DNA of 64,000 nucleotides, from the NCBI GenBank assembly GCA_965285935.1, contig OZ260667.1:71486001-71550000 (forward strand), given 5' to 3'. The position numbers and the translations under genes are program-made. The notes beneath the pieces were generated by a model. That model was not told where the DNA came from and searched no databases. It worked only from the letters and a program-made list of their open reading frames with translations. The stretch is from Ophelia neglecta. Taxonomy: Eukaryota. This document shows, in pieces, positions 10,801-23,474 of the stretch; within the stretch, counting starts at the first letter, position 1, and each line of letters opens with the position of its first letter.

Positions 10801-13539
10801 ATTATTCAGGTCATATCTAACATTTCGATCCCAAGTTATCGGCAACCGTCGGCTGCCGGCTCACACTAGTCAATTCTCAGTCCACCGGTTGTTAACAAGA
10901 CTGTCAAGACATCTGACGTAAGTCAATTTCTCCATGTCATCCCAGTCTTTAACAAAACACAATGCCTTGTATCTCATTGCTGGAATTTCAGTGATAATCT
11001 GAATAAAATCCCCTTATGAACCATCAAACCGCCACTAGCCCCGTCAGCACAAGTAACATGTTATTAATGGAACTCTCCTGATAAGGCAGTGTTACTATCA
11101 GGGTTTGACAGTTGCTTTAAGTTGGCAGGCTATCAGATAGCAGGCAATTTATTGAAGTAATGTAGACGGGGAATGTTGGGGGAGTGTGGGGGGGGGGGGA
11201 GACGGGTAGGGGCCACTAACCCTTGGTATACATACAGTGCCCTGGAGGCTTCTTAAACATTTCTGTTGTTTACGAACATTCTAATTCCTAGAATTGATTG
11301 CTAACGCGCCCTATGACTATGCCAAATCCTATTTGGGTGGCTCCATTTGGTCTGATCTCTACAGTAGCCATCCGACCCTGTTTAAAGTGCATTATATGTA
11401 AAATGTGCCGTATGTTAATGACAAGATAAAGTATAATCTGGCAGTTGTAAGTTTAGGAGTTTCTGTTTCGTAGCAGCTGTCGCATTCTTGGGGGTCAGTG
11501 GGCCTTTTCTAATAGCGAGAAGATCGGTAGCGCTATATAAAACGTGAAAGGTATGGCAGATAGAAAAAACGATTATTAATGATAGGCCAATAAGTTGGTC
11601 CTAAAGTATCAGGAACCGTCGGCAGCGGGACCTATCATATGAATTCCAAGCGTTGTGACTTGATAGGCAGCTGAATTTATTTGCTTTTAAAAGACAATTG
11701 CCTTATGGGTATTATTCTGCCACTCACTGAATATAAGTAAATCATGTTAAAACATTATATGAAAAATCCTATTTCAATACACTTATTTTTTATAAACTGA
11801 CTATTTAGAATAAAGCAGACCGGTATCAACAAATTTGATGGAAATCTGCCTTAGGCCGTTATGGAGAAAGGGAATGGATACCGGGCAGATAAAGTCAAAC
11901 GAATTATCAAGAAAACACCAATAAATCGGTCCAAAAGTGTCCGGGACCAGCACCCAGATGCAGTGCGGCTGTATGATTACAGTGTATTCAGGGTCATGCA
12001 GTACCATGCAGACTCCTAACACGCATCAATATATAAATCACCTGCACGCAAACTGTAAGTAATTTGTAATGGAAATAAAAAGAAGAGCTGAATAAAACGA
12101 ATAAAACATTACAAATTGAAACAGCCTTAATCCAGCTCACGGTATGAGAAAGATATATTGGCCATTTGTTTGGCAATTCAATAATAACGGTTGGCCATTT
12201 TTCATTGAAGCTTGCTACTGGGTAAGATGCTTGAATAAACCTCGGTTTTCTTCCAACGTGCCATTGAGGGAAGGCCTTATAGTTTGTGTGCAATAAACCC
12301 AAGTTTTCTCTTGACAACCCATTCAGTCGAGGCCGAATAGTTTAGTTGCAACGAGACACCACTTCGTATAATGAAAGGACACAGCGGGAAGCACTAGACA
12401 TTGTAAATTACAATCTACTTTAAAGACAAAATCGATTTGGAGTATAGTGCGTGTAGCCGCGGATAAGCATCTTTAATCTAGCTTTCGAAAAATAAAGTAT
12501 TGTATATACAAGACAATAAACATTTGAAATGTTTGTCTGGGTAGTGTTGTTCTGGGGGGGGGGGGGGCTAGGAGTTTTGGTATGCGGGGGTATGTATATG
12601 TTATGCGGACAGTTTTATCTGACGCAGCAACGAATTTGTTTTCAAAATCAGCGATACAGTCAATACTCTACTAAGGTAGCGTAATAAAACCAAACAAGTC
12701 ATTTTCATAAGGATGGGAAACAATACTTCCCCTAACTAATACGAGAACACCGCCTGGTGTGAAAAGACTTCATGCTATCGTAATTCACATGATGAGATGG
12801 TGGTGTATACATTCTTAAGCATGCGGTTATAAGATTGTGTTGTTTCTGTCATAAGGAGTTTTTATTTCGGCGTTGTCTGAGCTGAACTATTTGCTTGGCG
12901 CTGCTGCTCTGCCATGCACTGAGGTCGGGGCAAGGCTTGGTTAAGGGTAGGGTTATTCCATTGATCTCTCGAAGCATATTGCATACTGCGCCGCGCCGAG
13001 TACAGGGAACCCCACATGGACAGTGACCTGTCATGAACACACGCCCAGATGATTACCAGAAGCTCACATTTTGAGTCATATGGGCCTTTTGAACAAGATT
13101 AGTTGTTTCCTGTGCTCCCGGACTACAAATATATGTGAATTTGATCGTCGTGACCGGGATAACATAGATCACTCATTGTATGGGTGCTAGATATTTTACC
13201 TATTTTTTTTGCAAGATACTTTAGAAAGTTTGCTCTTCTAGGAATAGTTATGGTAGGATGATACATTTGTCTGTCTTTGCAAAGAAAGATATATTGCCAA
13301 TCACTATAAAATGAACCTAAAGTGTATTATAAGGCGTTTTGAAAGACGGAGAACCAGCCAAGCAATGAATGCGATAAGCACAGAAGGTCTTTATGAAATG
13401 ACAGTGTGTAAAATATATTGTAGTGTGTGAGTGTGTGTCAGTCTGTGAATGAATACATGGCCTTGCTCAACTGGCACCTCACATCCCCTTTCATCCCATC
13501 CAATCACCTCGTCTCATCCATTGCATGCTGTTCTCTATA

Positions 13540-13619
13540 TTGATATGTTATAAATTACCGATTGTAAGCCATAGATTTTTGTAAGATCGAACATAGAAAA
13601 ATTATATATGTTAAACCAA
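13540..13619 (+). repeat. Dispersed repeat fragment (probable retroelement 3' end); second copy at 49849-49928
   Basis: TTGATATGTT..CGATTGTAAGCCATA..GTAAGATCGAACATAGAAAAA..ATATGTTAAACCAA aligns with 49849-49928. Confidence 0.7.
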
Positions 13620-16600
13620 GTGCATGGTAGATAGTCTCAAGGAAACAATTCCAATATAATTTGCCTCACATGATAGGATATGAAGATACTTCGCCAACGT
13701 TAATAGAAATGAATGATACAACGTGGATCATCTGGCTGATATCTTTGTCTGGTAATCACAAAAATCCGGTAGGCAAGATTATCTTGATTAGCTTGATCTG
13801 TTTCAGCCGGACGAACTGAAATATTACAACCCGTGACAGGATGTTCTCATTGGCCTTCATGTGATAAGAGATAATTAAGTTAGACTTTCACTAACAATAT
13901 GCCTAGTAGATGTTGATCACTATTTCGAAGTGATTGACCTTCACTTTGCAAATAGGTCTGTTAAGATTAAGATATGTATTTCTTTATGTTGTATGAAATT
14001 GGTTAAAATTGGAATACCTTGACCATACATTCTCTATATGTACATTCTCTTGATATATAGCACACAGAACCACACACAATGATAAACATTATTCATGTGT
14101 TATGTATATAAACATATTAAACAAGTGCTCACTTCAGCTATTTATTAAAATAAACCAAAATAACCTGCCGTGGGAGATTAGTTCAGTCTCCACTGCAAAC
14201 GTTTCTTTTATGTAACGGAGAAAACTCGGCTACTGGCGATTAGGAGTCTGGTTGTCTTCGATTGGCGACAAGTTTTCTATAAAATGAATCCCTTGTAAGG
14301 CAGTGGGGGGGGGGGGGGCAGTGAGAGAGGGCGGGGAGTAGCATATGTCGAAGGCCGCAGGGTATCGATGTGTTTTTCACAGCTTTAGTATTTTTATGTT
14401 TTGATAGTTTTTTATTCTGTTTTTTAGATCGGTTAAATGTTGAGCGCAAAATGGGACAGCTAGGCCTTTTGCCTGTGAATTGGAAAATGCAAATTATTGA
14501 TTCTTGGGAACGGTTGGCGCAAACATAGAGATGTTATGTTAATCATGAAAAGAATCTATTAATTCCGTGACATGTGATCAATTCCTTCTTGCATCTGCTA
14601 ACCAAAGAAATGATTTTTACAAGCATGAACTGTGAAAGAGGGAATTCCAATCAGAGTGTTCAGTGAGGATGGTCGTTACTTGCTCCCTCTGCGACCCCCG
14701 TGTACTGAGCATTGATGAATCAAAGATAACTAAGGAAGAGCCCCCGCGCCAGTACAGTGTTACCTGCATGTTCTATTGTTCTGTTGGAGAGACATTTTAA
14801 GGAGAATAAAAAAAATGCGAGGACAACATATTACCTCATTCATCAGTGCATTGATGCCAGTCAAGCAAAATGACTAGATAGTCGGGCACGAGTGCATTTC
14901 AGGCAAATTTCGCCTCGTGTACAGAGTTCAGACAGCCATTATATTTTTTTAAATGGACACATGATACCCTGTGCATGCCTAGAATGGAATTGCATGAGTG
15001 ATAGGTGACGTTTTGTACTTTATGACCAGTTTTTAAATTTAGAAGTGTGTATTCCCCGCGGAACATTTTCAATACAATTAAATGCAATCATCCTGTTTTA
15101 AATATCAGTAGACTGGCATTAGCATTCGTTACAGATAGAAGTGTCAGAGGAACACACATACACACATGCACACACAAACACCCACAAATTCCACAAACTC
15201 CTCCCTACCATCCTAACCCTTTCCCTTTAGCGAGTTATTAAAAAGTCAAGTAAATAAAGTAATACTCCATTCGTGTAAGACTATCGCTGACGGTTCTTGG
15301 TAAACTGGTTTAATGGATCATTCTCGAGTTATGACTGTCTTTTTTCTGCTAGGTGTCCACTCGCGTTTTGTACAGCCGATTGGAAACTCAACTGTGCAAT
15401 ATGTGCGCTGAGTATCGTTGACTGTCTGCTTGGGACTGAAAATGAACAGTTCTAAACGCAAGTTTAAAGCTTTCCCAGCAATGAAAGCTCTTGGGTATCT
15501 CCCTGAAAACGCTGACAATCTGATTAATGAGTCGTAAATTGAAATGAGGCCCGCTAGATAAACCTAAACATTAAACCATTTATCAGTTGAACTGTGATAG
15601 ATATAATTTCAAATTTCCCGAGCCACACTTAAAAAAGTTGACAGTGAGCAATAACCTGCTTGTGCCCTTAGGGAAGCGGACTAAACGATGATTTAGGGTG
15701 GGTGAATAGAATATATACATATACTAACAGATAAATACAGATGTCGAGTTCTGTTTGCGGACAACAAATGCAATGTCCCATGGGCCAACAAACGTAAGGT
15801 GGTGTTATAATGACAGAAAATAGGTGTAATGCCAACATTTCTTCACAAAGAATCCTGCAATTTAGATCCTAATCTTCTCTAAACTGCCGTTTTTTCACAG
15901 ATTTTACATATCATGTCTTCCAATTTATTGACCGATGGTAGGGGCTGGTATTTATTCCAATCCCTGCCATCGTATGTGACCCTTTCGGGAAATTGAAGGC
16001 AATGTTTCCTCGCGGCTTACGAGTTTTTGATCCAATTACATTGTAGACAAAACTTACCTCCCCCTAGGGAAAAATTGTAAAACTGTCAGAAAAAAGGATC
16101 TAATTTATGTTTAAGAAATAATCCATTTGTCATTGTTTGTCGAGCGAGAACCTGCAACTATTTAGATCGGCATCTTGTAGACACAGAGCACATAACTGGA
16201 ACTATTAGAAAATTAACATGCCCTTGAATTAGATCTCCAATGAAGCAGTCTTTCCGGACCACGACCTTCACTTTGTTGTTTCGGTTAGTTCAAAGACACA
16301 TAGATGCACTGCTATCTGTGTCATGATGCGTAAAGTGTAAAGGATAAAGGCTTGTCGCTTAACGGCAGAATCGCATGGTAATTTTTCAATGTGTATATGC
16401 AAGTCTGCATATTAGTCGAGCGGCGAAGAGTGAGTGGAAAAGCAAGGCCGAAATGACAATTGAGGAGCAAATAATTAACGCGATGGCCAGGTAAATTACT
16501 CATAACCAAGAAAATATATTTTAATATGCAACACCTTCAAGTTGCAATTTTTAAATAGAATCGGGCATGCCCTAATTATATAGTAACGAACGGCAAAATT

Positions 16601-17971
16601 CCCCACCTACAATGTCTAACGTACGGAGTGGGCCCTATGATAAGAGAATTCATTCCCTTTGTGGGGTAACTGAATAAGCTTGCATGGAACAAGCCTAAAA
16701 TATAAGGCATGCCTTTAAACGAGCAAACATGTGAAGAAAGAAGCAGCATACAAGTTTTCAAAAACTGTTGCCAGCTGGAAGCTAATTTGAACTCTGAATT
16801 CCAAAATAGAGTGGTGCAAAAATCATACCACCTTAAGATTGCGGCATATCTTAGTATTTTGCTTACCCAAGTTCTGTTATAATTACGCGATTTATTTTCA
16901 AGTAACATGCTGCCTGCTTTGGAAACATTGATTGGCAGACGTCTCCTCCTAGGGATCATACCGTCCCACCAATGACAGGCAGTTATTTAGCGAATGACAG
17001 GCGAGTTAATGTCTACTGCCGAGTGCATTTAGTGTTATTAGTATAATGTTTTGATAAAAAAAATTCCTTCAAGGAATTACATGGTGTTAATAATTCAACA
17101 GATATTTATTGTTAACGTTCATCTAACATCTCACTGAGTGATCTTTCGTGTCACACTGATTTTGCGTGTCACTCAATTTTTGTTCATCTAGTCTCGTGTA
17201 AATGGAGATGTGTATGTATTTTTTCAAGAACTCTTGAGCAGTTTTGCCGATGCTTCCTTCGGATCAATCCTAATCATATTGTCAGATCCAGTCCTTCACT
17301 CATGCGCTGAAAAAATAGTCGGATTAATATTCAATGCTGAATGTCTGAACTGTCAGTTTGGCAGCGGATTGGAGCAGCAGATATCATGATTAAACGGTGG
17401 TGTCATTCACGCGGCAAACATAATCTCCTGACGTGTTTGATAACATCCTTAGGAAGTTTAACCTTCTCTAATGGATGCCTCGTACAAAACATATTTTAAT
17501 TCATTGTACTACTCATGACTATCAGGGTTTGAATATAATTTGGTGTATGGGCTTCCCGCCCGGGCTAGCCCTGTCATAGTCCTGTAACTGATTATAAGAG
17601 AAGCTGTACTGATAAGTCGTGCTATCTCCAAGGGGTTGACAGTTTGAAGGAAACCTGATTATTTTTTTAATAAAAGGAGAGCATGAGAACGGGTAGGTAA
17701 AAATAAGGTACAGGACTTTTGTAAATTTAAAAAAGGGGCGGGCAGACGGTGGGGTGTGGAAATGTACAATATTGCATCTTCTGACCAAAAGATCACGAGG
17801 CTGCACATCCTTCAGTGCCCTACAAATAATTGCTGTTTCCCCTATTAAAATGTTATAATTGTTTTCGCGCGCTCCCTATGACATAGAACCAGGGACTGTT
17901 CTATCTGGCAAATGAAGAGCCACGAAATTCTCCAGTCCGTTACATGTAGAACCATCTTCCTATAACAGAGT

Positions 17972-18012
17972 TGACAGCCACGTAAAACCTCAAACAACAA
18001 CAACAACAACAA
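17972..18012 (+). mobile_element. Extremely 5'-truncated SINE/LINE insertion (3' tail only) with 13-bp TSD
   Basis: CCTATAACAGAGT at 17959-17971 and 18013-18025 flanks TGACAGCCACGTAAAACCTCAAA(CAA)n, which matches the 3' end of the SINE at 46265-46600. Confidence 0.85.
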
Positions 18013-21000
18013 CCTATAACAGAGTAAGATATGAAATCGCTGCACCCAATTAGGCGGTAAATAAGTCTGTATCGATAACCACCAGTCGTATTGTTTAATA
18101 GAGGAAGAACATTTCTCTGAACAAAGATATCTATCAATGGTGAGCACGCCCACTAAGTGGATCATGATGGAAAGCACTTTGATGCTCTCAGTATAAATAA
18201 AGCAATTGAAAGAATACGGCTTTTATTGAACGACGATTTTTTTATGTCTCTTATAGACAGTATCAGGGAACACCCATCCGTTAACATAACCAGGGACTGG
18301 GGCACTGTGATTGGCCACTGGACACCAGGCCTGCAAATGGAGGAAAAATATGTAAAAGTACATTTGGTATGTGTTGCGTAACATACACCCGCGAGGCTAA
18401 GAAGACGATTCAAACAATAGGATAAGAACAATTCATGGTATTAGTTTTATGGTTCGAGGCCACTTCTCATTGATAACGACGGCGGAGCGCCCTACACTGG
18501 AACGATTTACCGCCAAAGAGTGGCATATTGTGTTCATACTAAAAACTGACAAGCTCAGTCCATCAAGGCATTAATCGGGCTGTGATTCTATCTTTAAAGT
18601 GAACTACGTGTATGGTGGTCAAAGAGTCAAACACTGTCCGCCCACTGACAATCTAATATCTTCGGTCACAAATCATTTAGAGACTGACCATTGCCACTTA
18701 AAGGGGACCACAAACGAAACGTATTCATACTCACAAGAGAAGGCCGTGGAAGACGCTGTGCTTATTCAAATGCCCCTTAGTGTGATTAATAACAGAAATT
18801 GTGTTATGTAGAAGGGTAACGGCTTTCCTAAAGTGCAATAAAGCAATTTAACGAGGGGGCACATTGACATAAATGGACTCTATGGAGCACGCGAGATTAG
18901 ACTAATATTTTATCCCAACTGTCCTCTGTTTGACCTAAAGTTAATGTACATACTGAACTGTATGTACCATCTTCACATCGACTTATTTCGACCGATACCA
19001 GTGACCAGCTCTTTATTTTCCCAATCGGCTCCAGGCTTGGTGTTATTATGCAGATCATCTATTGTATGAGCGCGATGGTATCTGGCAGTTTTATTTAGTT
19101 AGTCATTACGAACACATATGTGAGGAGGATTATGATAATGGTATCCGGGCAATAATTTATATTTACGTAGTTCCTAGAGTTATGTACACCACAATATTTG
19201 AGAGTTTAAGACTATTTTTCAATAGAATATATCACGCAAATAAATATAAACTCAATATTCAATTTACCGCATTAGTTGCTCTAGGAATAATCAAATCAAT
19301 TACCATTTCCCAACACATAGCTTTTTCGTCGACAGTAGTTTTCATTAATGAAATATAGAAGTACATAATAAACTAAGTTTCAAAAGTAGACCTAGCATGG
19401 TAGTTTGTCAGAAACGTCGGATAGGTGGTTAGATAGCTAAGATTTAAACAACGACATTATTTATTCAACAAAACGCTTTTATCAACTTGAGCTAGCTAAG
19501 ATCTAAATTCGTAATTTTAGGCTTAAATCTTTTGGCGTCTGTTAAGAAGTATAGCTATCTAGCTTTATAGAGGTTGGTTTTTAATCAAGCTCAATCTAAT
19601 TAGCTAAACATTTTAGTTAATTAGAATTTATTCGACTTTTATTCAACATCCATTGGTCTTAGAGATGTGGTTATTGTGATCATGTGGTCGCTGTAGGTGG
19701 CACTTATATTTCCGGCAATGACGATGATTGGTTTGATAACATAATAACCAGCAAGGCAACAAATAAATCGTCTAGAATTGTCCGACAGAGTCATTTCTTT
19801 TATATTAATGGGATATTAGGATTGGAATTCATTCATGCAATAACATCAGATAATATTTAAGTGATGAATTAGCTGAGCTAGATTTGGAGGAAGGATATTA
19901 AATAATTCATTTTCACGAGGAAAACAAATGATCCGTTGGCAAAGAACAATAATCAAATTGCATTTTACGGTTATATAGCCCGTGTTATAGAAAGCCTCAG
20001 GATTATTTAAACAATAAATCGCTTCAGGCAATCTTCATCTCTTCAGTGGGAGGGTATATACAAGTGTCATTTTTATTTACTACAGATTTGTGCCAATTTA
20101 CGAAAAAGCAAATGTAATATATTTCAGTAAAGCGTATTTACCTAACGAGAACGATTTCCTCCAACCCTGCAAACACTGGTATGGTGCACGAAGCTTATAA
20201 TCGATTCTGAACGAATTATGTTCACAATTGTTTTCGCCCTAAATTGCATGGCCAATTTTATGACATCGCAGCCATATGACAAAATTCTTTGTTGTGTATT
20301 TAACCATGAACTTGATGACACGTACTAAAGTAATATAACACGAACGACGGTGTACTTGGCATGCATAATGCTTACAACATACTCTATGATATCCATGCTT
20401 TCACTCAGCCGACCTACAAACGGAAACACCGTAACAAAGATGTAAGATCCATTCGATTGATATTACATATATGCTTTCGGAGTTTAGTAATAATTAATGA
20501 GTATTAATTGATTTAAAGCATGCCATTTGGTTACGTACATGATAACTATTATTAATAAAAAAACTATTTCAAAATACACTACTTTAACTTAGTATTTGAT
20601 AAACGCTCAAATAGCTTAAAGATACTCGTGTCGCTGTCTGTAATGGTAAAGAGCCAGGTAGCGTTACTATCGGTACCTTAGGTTGTATTTACCAAATGAT
20701 ATGACAAAATGAGATTGCCTTCAAAATCTTTATTTGCACATTGTCTAAATGGCTTCAAATTTGGCCTAACCTACATATAAGCTATCAGGCTGATTAAAAT
20801 ATAGTGTCACCCTCTCAATTAATACAATACGGATGACGCAAATATTGGGCGTTTTTCGCAGTGAAGAAAGGTATCGAATATATATTTATTTCATTGTTCA
20901 TGAATCGGGATAAATTAATCTTAAACAGTCGAGTTGTCCAAAAGTGCTACGTCAGATCCTACCATAAGGCTGTCAAGCATTTAAATTGGTCTTGAAGTTG

Positions 21001-21199
21001 AATGTGAACTTTTGCTTTCAGACTCAATTACATTCGCCACTGGCGAATATATTGGGAGTTTAAACATATAAATAATTGTTCATGACATCCTGGGATTTGA
21101 TTTTTTAATCATTTACTGAAATTGAAAATCATCCGATGGGTCTGAAACAGATAATAAAATGTCAATCACCAACCTTAATGAGACGCCAAGTCTTCTGAG

Positions 21200-21430
21200 T
21201 TTATACCTACTGAAGCACACCAGGCTACAAGGGGCTGAAAGAGGCCACCGGTGGGTGGAAAGAGTCAGTCTACCAGTGAGAGGAAAGGAATAAGTTGGGC
21301 CAACGGAGGATGGAAAAGCCACCAGGGAGCGGAAGAGGCCACCAGGGGCGGCAGATTTCGGAGTACCAGAGTGCGAAACGAGGCCACTAGGGAATGATAA
21401 GAGCACCAGGGGCGGCAAGAGGTTACAGGC
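21200..21430. repeat. Degenerate purine-rich minisatellite, ~20-bp unit (AAGAGGCCACCAGGGGCGG-like)
   Basis: Recurring GCCACCAGGG / GCCACTAGGG / GCACCAGGGG at ~21244, 21318, 21338, 21383 and 21403. Confidence 0.65.
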
Positions 21431-23474
21431 GAGGTGAAAATGTCGACCAAGTGGCGGGAATGGATGTGCAAACTCATTCCGTGCGAAGATAGCACGATTG
21501 ATATATGAACCAACTAATTCACTAGTCGCCTAAGGCCGGTACGCCAATGACGAGGGGTGTGACTCCCACAACCCGACTGTTGGTATTGATTGTCATGTAC
21601 GATCAGGAGTAGGCAGGTATGGAATGTAATGATGAAAAATAGCCAATCACACACAAGAAACGTTCCTAAAAATGCTGTAACCTAACCTGTCTCTCAGCGA
21701 CGATGCCATAATTAGGTTTCTAAATCTCAGATACCTTTCCACAACATACCGTGCCTGCTGAAGACAAAATATGTGGGTTCCAACAAAAGGACGAATATTG
21801 ATGGCAAACGAATTAGCAAGTAGCTTTATCTATTAGAAGACACTCATTGCCGACCTATAATATATATTGATATCACAGTTCGATTGAAAATCGTGAAAAG
21901 ATTTATTTAATACATGCTCAGATGGATTGTACAATATAAGTCAATGGAATAGGCATGTTGGACCATCCTGCTACTTGTGATCAAAGGGGGGTTGTTAGAT
22001 TTGTTTGGTGGCCAAAATCGTGACTCAGAGCAACTCGACCGCGGGAAAATGCATGGCATAATAAAAGGAATAAAGCATCTGGCAAGAGCACATATACAGG
22101 GCCAGAACACCCCAGTAGGCAGTTATTGCAAATGGGAGCATGAGTTATGTTACTTTAAGTAAACTGCATTCTGGCAAATTAGGCGAAATCAGGCGATTTT
22201 TTCTGATATGGAAGAATATTTGTATGGATATATAATACTTTTCTCTTGTCTGCATGAGGACGTGCTATTGCTTAAAAAACGTATTAAGCTTTAGCAAGTT
22301 GTAGATGAGCAGTCTCGTGTCTCGTATTGATGGCCCTGTCCTACATAAAACACTCACAAATGGTTGGGTCATTTTATGTTTAGCAATTAACTAAACACCA
22401 AACTTATTTCCTTGAAGCGATTATCGTTTTTGGCGCTGGCGCTGGTGATGACGGGATTATGGCAAAATAATGGATAAAAACTGATAATAAGCAATTGCTT
22501 CCTGTCAACCTTAAACTAGCTTTTGCCAGTGATAAAAACATAAGCCGATAATTGCCTTACCCCTAGCTGCTCAGCTGTGGTAATGAAATATTTAGCTATC
22601 CAAAGACCCAGCCAGTTCGTTCGGAAGGATAATCCCTACTTACTGCTAAAATCGAAATGTTTCTTAACGACCTAAGATAATGATTACAGTGTAACAGCAA
22701 CCAGCACAGGCCAAACTATCTTAGGAACTGCGTATTTCATTGATGGAACATGCCCCACACTCATCCAAAAATGCCACTTAACTTACTTTTGCTCTTACAA
22801 TATATTGTCACTCGTTGAATGAATGTTTATCTAATCAAACCACAAACTAAATAATCATTAATATTGCAAGGACACCTTTTGATATTCAGTTTTTCCGACC
22901 GTGGGTTCGGGGTTGGATTGGTTTATTCTCCGTTTGGCCAGCCATAGACAAGGCGCTGCTGATGATAACGGCTACATTTATCTTAAAGGAGCTCTTCTTG
23001 GATCGTTCAGTAATTTTAACCATTAATAAGAGAGACCTGTCCCGAATGGAAACTAACAACATATTTCGTTAACAAACAAAGGCTACCTGGGAAACAAAGA
23101 CCGGGTTTCTACTTCGAAATGCAACAGGGTCAATACTATGATACATATTGATGGACAGAGCGTACACATGGAGGGTAACTTATTGAAAGATAAGTCAAGG
23201 TTTGGGAAAGTCTCACTTCTTTTAAATAGTGCAATAGAATTTATATGCTTTTCTTTTACACTAATCGTTAGGAACACTAAACAAACATTAGTGCCTTGTT
23301 TTGACTTTGAACGTAATTGCGGTTGTTATGTATATGTTAATGCGCATGTCGAAGTAAGCAAGTCTGTGTTCTTGTATTTCTGCGTATCCAATTGGTCAAC
23401 ATCACTTCTAAAACTTGAAATATATTACTGGTAAATGAGTGTTATGTTTCTTAACTGTACAACTTTACATTACA

